The notes beneath the pieces are model-generated. The model did not search any database, was not told where the DNA came from, and was given only the letters and a program-made list of their open reading frames with translations. The translations under genes and the position numbers were made by a program. DNA of 64,000 nucleotides from contig NC_042998.1 in NCBI RefSeq assembly GCF_006345805.1, forward strand, positions 46,562,001-46,626,000, given 5' to 3'. The number at the start of each line of letters is the position of its first letter. Positions within the stretch are counted from its first letter, which is position 1. This document shows, in pieces, positions 51,025 through 64,000 of the stretch. The stretch comes from Octopus sinensis (lineage: Eukaryota).

Positions 51025-52032
51025 AACAGATTATGATGTTTGGATCAATTCCAATACATTAACGGACATACTCCAGACGAATTAAAACAAAGAAGTCATG
51101 ATCACCTTCAAATCTTAAAGTTACTAATTAGACCATTTTTAGTTTCTCAGACATTACCTTCAATTTCAGTAGGAAGCCCTTAAACAAATTTTATGGAAAA
51201 ACTCATGTACATTAACATATGTTCCTATCACTACTCAAAGCTCATAAACACTTTATTAATAACATTAATGTAAGCATTTTGGAAAGTATTTATTGTAGTA
51301 CCAGAATTAATTGCTGCCACCATAGTATTAATTGCTACCACTATAGTAAACTACCATATTTAATTAATAGCTCTATAGTAAAATCATCCTACTTTTTAAC
51401 GTAACTGAGGAGATTTTCTCTCTTATCCTGATGGCCCGAAGCCTTCTATAGATTTAGATATATAAATTAAACTATGTATGTGTGCTAAACTTATATTTAA
51501 TTTTTAAAAGTGTGTGTATTTATATGCGTTCCTACACAAATGTAATCTGTTTAAGGATGCAATGAATTCACCTCAACTCCATTGGTTGCACTGTATCTTT
51601 TTAGCTCATATTATTCCCCCTATTATTCTTAGCTTCAATTTTATTTAAAGTTTCACACCCTTCTTTCTCTCTTTCCACTTTCCTTCACCACTTTTCTCTT
51701 TTCTTTTACCTTCTTCATTTTCCATCTCATATCATTCAAGGTTATATTACCCTATTTTTTCTTATATTTGAAACTTAAAAGGAAACCATCTATTTCCACA
51801 CACACATGCACACACACACACATGTACAAGTTTGTTCGAAGCTTTTAATTCAATTCTTTCTATTGTTACTCCGAATATCTTGCTTGTGTAATCTGTTCAT
51901 GTATCCAACCAAACCAGCTCTTAGTTGTTCTAACAGACCTACACAAACGAGAAGCTTTCAATTTCAGATGAATAAATTAACCATATTGCAATTATTGTAT
52001 TTTTTCCTGTGCGAATGCTCATACGTGACCAC

Positions 52033-52200
52033 TAGGTCATGGAGTGTGACCTAGTGGTTAAGGTGTTAAGTTATTAAGGCTCGCGATCATAAGGTCGCGG
52101 GTGCGATTTCTGGATTGGGCGGGGCATCTTGACCTTGAGCAAGGAACATCGTTTCATGTTGCTCCAGTGCACATTGATGAAATTCAGTATTTGTCGACTG
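52033..52200 (+). mobile_element. SINE family D, diverged
   Basis: TGACCTAGTGGTTAAGG head and CCTTGAGCAAG...TTTCATGTTGCTCCAGT CORE-like part. Confidence 0.65.
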
Positions 52201-52840
52201 CTGGTGAAGTTATCGCTGTCTTCAGCTTTCGCATATTCGAAGTTTCATTGGATTACGAAGTTTCAATGGATTTGATCGCTCGTATTGCTTAAAGCTATTT
52301 GCGAAAGCCTGGTACAAAGTACCTGATCATACCTGTTTGCTAGTGATGACTAAGTGTTTTCTCATACTCACACGTATAAATGTACCAGCGTGTGTGTGTG
52401 TTTGTGTGTGTGCATGTGTGTATTTGTTTGTGTGTGTGTGTGTGTGTATGCATGTGGGATTGTGTGTGATTGTGTGTGTTAACTGTTACAGAGAAATAAA
52501 TAATTATAAACAAACAAGATTATAAAGGAAGAAAAGAGTAAATAACGATAGGTAGTGAGTGGAAAGAGAGCCAATGGAGAGTGAGAAGAAGAAGAAGAGA
52601 AGAAGAAGAAGAAGAAGAAGAAGAAGAGAAGAAGAAGAAGAAGAAGAAGAAGAAGAAGAAGAAGAAGAAGAAGAAGAAGAAGAAGAGAAAAATGAATGGT
52701 GAGTATAAAATACAGATTGGGGAGAAAGAGTAAGAGCATTTGAGGATAGAAAAAAGAAAACAGCTGATATTAACGACAAGGAAAGTAAGTTATGATGTTG
52801 AATAATAGAGAGTATAACCAAAAGAATGAATGAAGTCCAG

Positions 52841-52871
<31 letters not shown>

Positions 52872-54012
52872 GGGAGAGAAAGATAGAAAGAGAGAGAAAG
52901 AAGAAACAACGAGGGTAGGATAAGAAAAGGGAAAGATAGAGAGAAGGAAGGAAAGAGTGAGAGAAAGAGAGAAAAAGAATGAGAAAGATAAAGAGAGAAA
53001 GAATGAAGGAAAGAGAGGTATAAAGGGAGAAAGAGAAATGGAGAACAAGAAGAGGAAATAAAGATAAGTATGAAATAAAGCAGTTAGACGTATAACGAAG
53101 TGATTGAAGAAATATTTTGATAAGAAAGAGAAAAAACAGCAATGAATATGTGTAATAAAGAATACATAAAAGGCAAGATGAGAGAGAGAGAGAGGGGGGT
53201 GGAGAGAGAGAAAGAGAGAGTGAGAGAGAGAGAGAGTTAAAGATATATAGATAGAGAGATATATAAGACAAGAATGAAAGAAAAAGTGAGGTAGACGAAG
53301 GTAGTCTCAACATTGTAATGTTTTGACGTGAATACAAATAAATAAAGTCGCTTCTTGTAAGTAGGTTGATTTGAATGCAATCTGCCAAAAAAAAACGCTG
53401 AAACAATCGGTGGTCTCTTTTATTCAGTAGGCTTCTGTTGCTCAATAACACCATGGTTTCAAGATATTGGACATAGTGGACACCTGATGGGAAGTTAGGA
53501 ATCCAAAGGGAATTCTAGATCGTAACTTTAGCGACCCACAGTGAAATATATTTATACATAAATATATAAATACCGAGGGTTACACACTTAGGGCTGTTAA
53601 ACAAGAATATGCGCTAACGACGGTTTGCTGCTAGAAATAGCAGTAATCTCAAGGCTAGAATTCCGCTGACCATTGTTCTTTGAAATGAGGATGAGCTGAA
53701 GTTTAATAACAGCAGCAACAACAGCTCATCTACATAGGAGCCAGTTATTTTATAAGTGATCGCTCGACCTGCAAGACATAGCAGCTAATTCTCACTCAGA
53801 TCACTACATACCATATTTTAAAGAGTAATCCAGTGCAAATGCGCATTAACTCTTTTATCTTTTGCTTGGTTCAGTCATTAAATTGCGGCGGCGCTGGGTC
53901 ACCGCCTCGAAGAATTTTACTTGAATGAATCGACCCCAGGACTTATTTTATCGAACCGCTACGTCATGGGGGCCGCTTGTCAAGCGGCGGTGGTGTACAC
54001 ACACAAATACAA

Positions 54013-54053
<41 letters not shown>

Positions 54054-54150
54054 TACAGATACCCTCCACAAACATACATATATGCAACAGGCTTCTTTTA
54101 GTTTCTGTCTACCTTGTGCTTAGAGTAGAAAAGAATATACCAAGCTGGTA

Positions 54151-54369
54151 AGACGGCGAGCTGGCAGAAACGTTAACACGCCGGGTGAAATGCTTAGCGG
54201 TGCTTTGTCTATCGTTACGCTCTAAGTTCAAATTCTGCCGAGGTTGACTTTGCCTTTCATTCTTTCGGGGTCGATAAATTAAGTACCAGTTGCGTACTGG
54301 GGTCGATCTAATCGACTGGCCCCTCTCCCCCCAAATTTCAGGCCTTGTGTCTAGAGAAGAAAAGAATAT
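54151..54369 (+). mobile_element. Older family A SINE (tail ...CTAGAGAAGAAAAGAATA)
   Basis: Full head to tail; flanked by CCAAGCTGGTA on both sides; sits next to a minus-strand family B relic (about 53865-54110). Confidence 0.8.
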
Positions 54370-55437
54370 ACCAAGCTGGTACTTATTTTACTGATGTCGA
54401 ATGAATGTAAGGCAAAGCTGAGCGCTCGGTGGGATTTGAACTTCAAGCACAGACTGTCGAAACAACTACCACAAAGCTTTTTAATCCACGTTCTCCAACG
54501 ACTGTGTCAATTAACTGTCTAATAGAGGAGATATGCATGCGTATATTATCAACGATATATTCTCAGACTTTTCTTCCCCACTTCTCTTTCCGATCTATTT
54601 CTCTCTATTTCGTTCTTTCGCTCTTTTTGTCTCTCTCTGCCTGTTTATGTGCCAGTCTGTCTGTCTCTTTCACTTCCTCTCTCTCACACATGCTTATAAT
54701 TAGAAGTCATGCATATAAAACTAATGTTTCGGTCAGCAATCGTTTGTAGATTTTTGTAATTATACGTGTGATAAAGAATTACTGCGGGACCGAGTTGATA
54801 TAACCCTTTCAACGCGGAAAACGGCTATATCCGCTCAAAATTGTATTAGCTTTAATTGAGGAAAACGGTTTGACCCCGTGAGTTTACAAAATAAATAAAT
54901 AAATAAAGTTCCCTTTTTATACTGCATGAAGCGGAGTCATCTCCATTGACATTTTTTACAAAAGACAATTTTTCAGATAGATATTTCATCAAATATCTAT
55001 TTACAGAGAAAGTATCAAATACTTTTAGTGGTAGACATGAAACCTGTACTAACAAGGGATACTGAAAATGCATGGTAGAAACAGAAAATATCAATTGTAT
55101 TTTTTGGTTTAATTAACATCATTACAGGAATGGCCATGAAATCTAATTACGCAGTGAATGGTTTAATACCTGCCGGAAAAATCGGCCAGATTTGAAACTG
55201 TTGTTTCACTTAAAACCGTATAATAAGAAGCAAAATCAAGGTCACCCTTGGTTGAAATCGAGTAACTTATTGAATTAGGTTTTAGATTAAGATATCTAAG
55301 TTAGTCTTGACATATTTAATACATGGACAGTTAAAGAGAAAACTAGAGATAAAATATATGCTGGAAAGTGTACATTTTAAGACCATTAAGAAAGAAAAAA
55401 GTATGAAGTTCGGCTTAGTCGCAAGTTGCTTTATACT

Positions 55438-55854
55438 TATTTCTTTACTACCCACAAGGGGCTAAACACAGAGAGGACAAACAAGGACAGACAAACGGAT
55501 TAAGTCGATTATATCGACCCCAGTGCGTAACTGGTACTTAATTAATCGACCCCGAAAGGATGAAAGGCAAAGTCGACCTCGGCGGAATTTGAACTCAGAA
55601 CGTAACGGCAAACGAAATACCTATTTCTTTACTACCCACAAGGGGCTAAACACAGAGAGGACAAACAAGGACAGACAAACGGATTAAGTCAATTATATCG
55701 ATCCCAGTGCGTAATTGGTACTTATTTAATCGACCCCGAAAGGATGAAAGGCAAAGTCGAACTCGGCGTAATTTGATCTCAGAACGAAGCGGCAGACGAA
55801 ATACCGCTAAGCATTTTGCCCGGCGTGCTAATGATTCTGCCAACTCGCCGCCTT
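55438..55854 (-). mobile_element. Family A SINE dimer (one head, two bodies)
   Basis: Junction tail-AAGAAATA|GGTATTTCG at about 55621; 15-bp TSD AAGTTGCTTTATACT at 55423-55437 and 55855-55869. Confidence 0.92.
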
Positions 55855-55869
55855 AAGTTGCTTTATACT

Positions 55870-56205
55870 GTCATTCCGTTGGTAACGACGACGAGTGTTC
55901 CAGTTGATCTGATTAACGGAACAGCCTGCTCGTGAAATTAATGTGCAGGTGGTCGAGTACTCCACAGACACGCATGTTGTTAACGTAGTTTTTAAGGAGA
56001 TTCAGCATGACACAGAGAATGACAAGGCTGACCGTTTGAATTACAAGTACTCATTTTTGCAAGTTGAGTCGACTGGAGCAAAGTGAAACAAAGCGTCTTG
56101 CTCAAGGACACAACCGGCTGCTGGGAATTGAAATCAAGACCATATGATTGCCAGCCAAATACCCTAACCACTAAGCCACGCACATTCTACAAGCTGCTCA
56201 ATAAA
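55870..56205 (-). mobile_element. SINE family D-type copy with a different 3' half
   Basis: rc head GTGGCTTAGTGGTTAGGG, CORE-like CCTTGAGCAAGACGCTTTGTTTCACTTTGCTCCAGTC. Confidence 0.7.
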
Positions 56206-56511
56206 CGACAGAGAATCACCAACAAAAACAACTAAAAACCCCAGTTGGACTCATAAATGTAAGACCAAAACAGGGGAATAGTTTATGGCTGATGATCTTG
56301 ATTAACGGCTAATCAGGTAGATTTTCATTTATTTAGGTGGTGGTGATGTTAGTGTTGTTGTTATTGGGGATGGTGAGTGTGTAACTTCAATGTATTGTAG
56401 TTATGACAGACTGAAAATGAATTCTTTATTCAGCGTAGGCATATCTTACTGAACACATAAAATAATAGGAGAAAGCAATAAGATATATATCATTATTCAA
56501 TTTTTTTTATT

Positions 56512-56790
56512 CGCCCTTTTCAAGCCTGGCCAGGTTCATGGGCCCGGTTTCCCGGTTTCTGTGGCGTATGTGTTCCCCCCAGCTGGACGGGACGCCAGTC
56601 CATCGCAGCGTTACCCAAGAAGCAAGAAGAAAGAGTGACAGAAAGTTGGGGTGAAAGAGTACAACAGGGGTCGTCACCACCCCTGCCGGAGCCTCGTGGA
56701 GCTTTTAGGTGTTTTCGCTCAATAAACCACACACAACGCCCGGTCTGGGAATCGAAACTGCGATCCTCCGACTGCGAGTTCATTGCGCCT
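56512..56790 (-). mobile_element. SINE family C (type-2 tail), head partly lost
   Basis: Matches 28955-29243. Confidence 0.8.
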
Positions 56791-56981
56791 CCACAAATAT
56801 ATATATGTATATCATGCTCTTCTTATACTTTCAAATTCATCCTACTTGTAAAATTAACGTATTGCGGTTGGTCTTCTCTCAAACACAAGAATGCTTAATG
56901 TAATTCGTAGGCCGAATCAACGCGACGCAATGTGACAAAACTACTGAGCTTTTGATATGGAGAGAGAAAGAGAAAAAAAAA

Positions 56982-57040
<59 letters not shown>

Positions 57041-58139
57041 AGAGGGTGAGAGGTGAACAGAACTCTATATCCGATTAGTGCTTTAGCAATACCAGAAGAA
57101 TGAAAAAGAAATTTGATCCCAGTAGGATTTGAACTGCGAGGCAAAGGACCGGAAAATATCGCTCTGGTGACTCTGTCAATTCCATACCTTAGATTATCAA
57201 TGTAGATAGCAGTAAGAAATTTCAGAATCGGTAATATATTTATTCTAATCGTATATGTATCCAATACCATGTGCCACAGTGTGCCTAGCTGAAAACTGGG
57301 TAAAGATTTGAGTGCTACATGATTTCTCGACTGGTAGAAGTAGCAACCAAATTCCCCTAAAATCATGCCTTAAAGTCTTAGAAAAGAAGGCACGTTGAAA
57401 ATGTGGTTAGAGGTGCACAATGCATGAAAAGAGATAATCGGATATCTTTGATGAAATGTCTACTAAATCAGAGCTGGCGTATAGCTGATCAACAACATCA
57501 TCACTAACAGCAACAATGACAACATCAACAATAACAACATCAACAACAACAATAAAAACCATCAACATTAACAATAACATGACAAAATCAACAAAATTTA
57601 CCATATTTATGGAGCAAACGCAAGTGTAAAATACTAAGATTTGAATTAGGTGAGGAATCTCCGCGACATGTAATCATAGGAAGATACTACAGCCGTCACT
57701 CGCAAGCAAATATGGCTTGATAACTTGTATTATGTTTTTTCTAATGGTTATACGTACTTGTGTGATTTTGAGCAGATATAGAAACCCTTTCCACCCTCTC
57801 CCTCTTGATCTAGGGAAAAATCCGGGATGTGATAACTCGAGGCAGAGAGGGCAGCCACCAGTTCTCGAATGGTGTCATTTTTCAGCCGAATGCAGTGTCT
57901 GAAATGAAGTACCTTGCTCAAGGATATAGCGTGCGACCAGTTCAGAAATTGAACCTTAAATCAGCAGCCCAATATCTTAACCACTAGGACACGCACCATC
58001 ACCTAGAAAGGTATTGTAACTAGATTTTCGGATATTCTTAATCTTTTTTTGCGTGTGTATCAAAGAATGGTCACCACAATAAATTAGCTTTATGTTTGTT
58101 TTGCTCATGGAAGGCACTTTGTTAAAATTATGACAAATT

Positions 58140-60690
58140 TGGCAAGCTAGCAGAATCGTTACAGAGTCGGAAAATGCTTTGCATTATTTCTTCCGACTCG
58201 ATATTTTATGCGTTAAAATTCCGTCGAGGTCAACTGTGATTTTTGTCCTTTGGAGGTCGATAAAATAAACAGTCAAGTACTGACGTCGATGTAATTGATT
58301 AACCCTTCTCTTAAAACATTGCTGACGTTGTGCTCAAATTAGAAAGAATTAATATAATCCTTTTTTTACTATAGACACAAGGCCTGAAATTTTAGAAGGG
58401 GCTTGTCGATTACATCGATCTCAGTGCTCAAGTGGTACGTATTTCATAGACCCCGAAAGAATGTAAGGAAAGGATAACCTCAGCGAAATTTAGACTCACA
58501 ATGTAAAGACGAGTTGGCAGAATCGTTAGCAAGTCGAGCAAAGTGCTTAGCGGCATTTCGTCTGTCTGCACGTTGTGAGTTCAGATTCTACCGAGGTCGA
58601 CTTTGTTTTACATCCTTTCAGCGTCGATAAAAGTACTAGTTGAGCACTGGCGTCAATGTAACCAACTTAGCCCTTTCCCCGCGGCAAAATTTGAAACCAG
58701 TTCAATACTGGATTTGTAGTATTGTTGGAGCATCGGATAAAGTGTCTTGCAGTGTGTTTAGTTACGTTTATTCACCTCTCGAATTCAGTTGTCGAGGTCA
58801 ACTTTATTTTTCACCCTTATGTTATCAACTAATACGATTGACTATATCGCCCATATCTTCCCCTCGTAGTCTTGTGCCAATGTTAGAAATCTGTATTATC
58901 GTTTTCTTTTATATGGACCACACATTAATTTAACCCAAAGGGAATAATTCTTCATGAGATAACCTGATGGTATCATGCAAAGGAACAGAAGACATAGTCT
59001 CTAAAATTTGATAATTGTTTGAGCTGTGTAGTTTGATTAGTTAGTATCCTGTTTGACGTGGGCCGCATGGGACCTTCTAAGTATATGCATTCTTACAAGT
59101 GTGCACTCGTTCACACATATAAATTATAAATGTTTGCTTACGTCAGAAGAATTTAGAAACATGGAAGATGTTAATTAGAACGTTTTTAACGATGGAGCGT
59201 GAAATAGATATAGCTATAATAATTATGTTATAAATAATAATTATTATACTGTTATATTTGTTATATTCCCAAAATACCACAATATCTATTTCAATACACG
59301 ATTTCACATCAAGAATCTTGCAAAACAAATACATAAACGTAATCATAATTGTTTCTATTACAGGTGCAAGGCTTGAGACTTTTGCGGAAGGGACTAGTTC
59401 AGGTCTGGCCTACCCGAATTACACTGCGGCCCACTTTAATCACGGAAAGTTTTTTGAGGGCCGCTTGTATACTGACAGAATTGAAAGCATTTTGCTTTCT
59501 CATGCTATTATTACACTGAGGAATGAATAATCATTGATTCAACATGGAATATTATCGTTGCAAAAACAGTAGTATCGTTCTTTTTTTACTTTTCCTTACA
59601 GTCTTAATTTTTGATAAAATTTTAAAAATTGTTTGTTTAGATAAAACCATTTCAAGATAGTATGAAGTGAGCCGCATGCGGCCCGCGGGCCTCATGTTGG
59701 TCAGCCTAGGACTAATCGATTACTTCGACCCCAGTGCTCGATTTTATCAATTCCGTAAGGATGAAAGGCAAAATCGACCACGGCGGCGTTTGAACTAAAA
59801 AAGCAGTCAGAAGAAATACCGCTAAGCATTTTGTCCAACGTGTTAATGTTTCTACCATAAATATTGGTTTCAAAGGCCAGCAATTTCGGGAGAGGGGGCG
59901 AGTCGATCACATTGACCCCAGTGTTCAACTAGTACTTATTTTATCGACTTCGAAAGGATGAAAGGCAAAGTCGACTTCGGCGGAATTTGAACTCAGAATG
60001 TAAAAACAGACGAAATACCGCCAAGCATTTTCCCTGGCTCGGTAATAATTCTGCCAGTCAACCGACTTATTTCTACCATATATATTAGTGTGTAAATATA
60101 GAGTAAAAAAAAAAACCCAAAACACTAGAATGGAAAAAGTCAAAGGCTGCCCATGTTTCACGAACTCACATCTTGTGTTCGACATTTTCCATCTAAGGGA
60201 TTTTTAACATAATATTTATATGCTATTATTCACGAATTTACCAAGGCGGTGAGCTGGCAGAATCGTTAGTACACCGGGCGAAATGCTTTGCGATAGTTGA
60301 TCTGCCGCTTCCTTTCGGGGTCGATGTAATAAGTACTAGTTACGCACTGGAGTCGATGTAATCGATCAGCCCCCTTCTCTCCAAATTTTCATGGCCTTGT
60401 GCCTAGAGTAGAAATAGTAATTTAAGGCTTTACCTACTTTCGTTCTACCGTTGAAAAATATTTTTGGCTATTGGTTTCACATTTTGGCACCAAACCTGCG
60501 ATTTTAGGGGAGGAGTAAGTCGATTATATCGACCCCAGTGATCAACTGGTACTTATTTTATCGACCTCGAAAGGATGAGAAGCAAAGTTGACCTCGGCGG
60601 AATTTGAAATCAGAACCTAAAGACGGACGCAATGCCACTAAGCATTTCGCCCGCCGTGCTTAACGATTCTGCCAGCTCGCCGCGTTACGC
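58140..60690. mobile_element. Cluster of at least eight older family A SINE copies in both orientations
   Basis: Repeated GAGTTCAAATTC / TTTCATCCTTTC..GGTCGATAAAA bodies at about 58140, 58380(-), 58515, 58740, 59710(-), 59880(-), 60244 and 60490(-). Confidence 0.75.
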
Positions 60691-61838
60691 GATGTAAAGA
60701 TTTATTAAGGCGAAAAACAAAACAAAACAAATCAACGACATAAGCTTAGATGAATTGAACGTTCTGTCAACGGACCTTAATTTCTATTGACTTACATAAT
60801 TGAGTAAAGGGGAATTTATGGCGTTCATGCCTTTCCTGATGATACTAATGAAGGGAGTGTATCACTTACAACTAATATTCTAACTTGGCCAGAGATCTGG
60901 TTTACGTGCTCTCATCACCTACTAGAAATCTCTCTTTTTATATATTCTTTATATCAACACATACACAAACGTATAAAAGACATTTAGAATAAAATACATG
61001 AAAAAGAAAATGGCTTTTTTTTCTCAATTGTCTCTGATGCACAGACAAGGACAAACAGACGTGATAACACGTTGCACTGGTTCCGCATGTGTGATACCAG
61101 CTTCCGTGTGCATCAAGAGAATATCTTTCTTTAGAAAGGAAGGCAAACGGAGTCAAATTGAATTAACCCAAACTAATGTTATAAACTGATAATAAATTAA
61201 AATGCAATCGATATAGGGTCAGACCACCAAGAAGAGATAATTCTTAATTTCCATACAGAATTAAATCAAACCAGAAATACACCAAAATAATTTGTTAATG
61301 ACCTAGGTACAAATTAGTTTGCCTTCTACGTGCATATATGCACGCAACACTGTACTTCCTCTCCAATCTAAATACATATACACACGTACACATACACACA
61401 CATATACATACACACACACATATACGCAAATATACATTTATTTATAAATACGTTCACTCATAAGTACATGCACCCAAATATGCGCAGAAGCACACACACA
61501 AACACACGCACACACACACACACACACACACGCACGCACACACACACACGTTAACATACACTCACTCCCTCTCGTACACAAACGCATGCACACCCAATAT
61601 CAAGCACACTAAATCACTCTTATACACAAAAAGTAAGTTTCATGTGGATATTTTCATTTAATATAGATTATGTCGTTTCCAGTAAATTATAAATTAGCTC
61701 TATCGCAGCACATCGAGCACTACTCAGGCATTAAGTTTCATACATCAAAATGATAGGACATCGTATATATAGACCACTTGGTGTTTTAAATTGAGGTTAT
61801 TAATTAATATTCAATTTTTTTCACCCTTATTATGATTT

Positions 61839-61930
<92 letters not shown>

Positions 61931-61945
61931 GTATGTGCGTGTGTG

Positions 61946-62238
61946 GAGGCACAATGGCCCAGTGTTTAGGGTAGCGGATGCGCGGTCGTAGGATCGCGGT
62001 TTCGATTCCCAGACCGGGTGTTGTGAGTGTTTATTGAGCGAAAACACCTAAAAGATCCACGTGGCTCCGGCAGGGGGTGGTGATCCCTCTTGTACTCTTT
62101 CTCTCACTCTTTCTTCTGTTGGCCTGCTCGCTTAGCCAGCGGGGTGGCGTCATTCGAAGGCTAAAACAATGCAAACGCACTGTGACTAGCGATGTGTAGC
62201 AACATCTGATGGTCTGGTCGGTCACGTGATCACGTGAT
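61946..62238 (+). mobile_element. SINE family C head with type-1 tail
   Basis: Head and body match the rc of 28955; the 3' half instead matches 26705 and ends TCACGTGATCACGTGAT before (TA)n. Confidence 0.85.
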
Positions 62239-62819
62239 ATATATATATATATATATCTGTACATGTAATATGTGACAATTACTCGTTTTTTTTTCTGTGA
62301 CAATTACTCGTTTTTTTTACAGTGAGCTAACAGAATAGTTAAGCATGTCGAGAAAAATGCTTAGCGTCATTTCGTCTGTGCTTAGGTTCTGAGTTCAAAT
62401 ACCACCGAGGTCGTCTTTGTGTTTCATCCTTCCAGGGTCGATAAAATAAGTACCAGCTGCCTCTCTCCTGAAATTGCTGACCTTGTGCCAAAATTTGAAA
62501 TCATTATAACTGTGAGTAGTCGAGGAGTCTCAGAAACGGTAGCAGACCGGATATTGCTTATAATATTAGGTTTTCTCTATTTAAAATTCTGTTTTCAGAA
62601 CCTGTCAGGGTTAGCATTTACTTTCAACCCTCCAGGGGCTAATAAAATGACTACCAGACATTTATTGGGGTACGAGATTCAGTCGACTCTAATCCTGGCC
62701 TATAAATTTGCCACTTTGCTCCATATCTCAGGCGAACGCTGATTTCCGGTTTCTAATCTGATTTTATCACTCAGAATAGACGTAAACAGAAATATATGAT
62801 GTAGCTAATTTACTCAATG

Positions 62820-62820
62820 A

Positions 62821-62898
<78 letters not shown>

Positions 62899-62941
62899 CA
62901 TATATATATACATGTATATATATACATATATATATATATAC

Positions 62942-63031
<90 letters not shown>

Positions 63032-63068
63032 ATATGTATGCGTTTATATATATGTGTGTATGTGTACC

Positions 63069-63099
<31 letters not shown>

Positions 63100-63170
63100 T
63101 AAACGCACGCACACACACATTTATCTATATATATTATTTATATATATACACAAACATACATACATATACA
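62820..63170. repeat. (TA)n-dominated microsatellite field
   Basis: Read directly. Confidence 0.95.
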
Positions 63171-63913
63171 TATGCGCGCGCGAACTCACACACATATGTA
63201 TGTATAAAAAATTAATTTTAGGGGTCCTAGTGAAAGAAATTAATAAATATATAAAGCTACTTTTAATTTTAATTGCTGTGGCACTTTTAGCATCGCTTCG
63301 TTTCAATTTTGACACTTTCATAGTTCTTTATATCATGTGAGAACCAGGAACGTGTTACTTTTAAGTATTTGCACGGGTTCATTGCTAACTCCACTACTAT
63401 ATGTCGCTTTTTTATCTTATTTTGTTTTGTATTTTTTTCTTATTTACATAAATAAATTTGCTTATTTTTATCATAGTGGTGTGATGCGGTGGCTTCCTGT
63501 TGGCTAGCTATTTAAGCCTGCAAATATATAACCTCTGTGATCCTTGTGTCATTGGTGGAGACATAATTTTTGATTGTCTGAATTATCAAGGTACATGAGC
63601 GTGATCAAATGAACTGATAGAGGCCTTAACGGGGTGCGATGACGGCGGCGTAGATGTAGAACCCACCCAAATTTCTTTTCGTTCCCAACCAAAAGTTCTG
63701 CGTGCATGGAGACATACGCAATCACACCTACACACACACACACACGGAGAGAGAGAGGGGTAGTTAGGGAGTTAGGGAGTGAGACATATAGCAATGTATA
63801 CACCAAGACACTCTCATACATGTATATATGTATATGTGTCTACGTTTGCAGACATGTAAGGACACACATACACACAGACACACACACAAATGCACGCACA
63901 CACACACACACGC

Positions 63914-63945
<32 letters not shown>

Positions 63946-64000
63946 GCTCACGTACAAGTACATATATATATATATAGATATCACGAAAGGAGATAAAGGT

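Noticed and set aside
54804-55162. Possible piggyBac-like MITE (CCCTTTC...GAATGGT, TTAA on the right)
   Set aside because: TIRs are too degenerate and the left flank is ATAA.
59395-59712. Possible hAT/Charlie-like MITE with GCGGCCC subterminal motifs
   Set aside because: Ends and TSD could not be defined.
63762-63780. TTAGGG telomere-like repeats
   Set aside because: Only two interrupted units within a purine-rich stretch.
4870-63996. Long low-complexity ORFs (poly-I/L/Y, MYVC, HTHT, YLSI; e.g. 20396-21109, 21385-22152, 47225-48018, 52504-53454)
   Set aside because: They are translations of stop-free microsatellites, with no domain content or codon structure.

Overview
AT-rich eukaryotic DNA made almost entirely of microsatellites and transposable-element debris. 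The repeat content (several tRNA-derived SINE families; heavy (TA)n/(TATG)n/(TAGA)n load) suggests an octopus-like cephalopod genome; this is an inference. No host gene, rRNA, true tRNA or CRISPR array can be supported. Nearly all long ORFs in the track are microsatellite translations, and only a few weak splice-bounded exon candidates were seen. Recognisable elements: four tRNA-headed SINE families (called A-D here), decayed LINE fragments (RTE, Tx1-like, R4/Dong-like), a Tc1 with long TIRs, a Chapaev-3-like transposase relic, hAT and Tc/mariner MITEs, and Penelope-like element (PLE) pieces. The main signal is a dense set of type I hammerhead ribozyme motifs (12 by eye) in PLE-type terminal repeats that end on (TA)n. 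At least four look intact: 25251-25336(-), 26333-26417(+), 28353-28418(-), and 35575-35624(-) with a G3-C8 core. Most have the short palindromic stem III of dimer-cleaving minimal hammerheads. They occur as two back-to-back inverted pairs and one 510-bp-period, non-coding, highly structured retrozyme-like unit whose 5' end falls at the predicted cleavage site. A second theme is a young SINE that forms head-to-tail multimers, apparently by re-inserting at an NNTAT site inside its own copies. All alignments and folds were done by eye; family names are from recalled motifs, not database searches.
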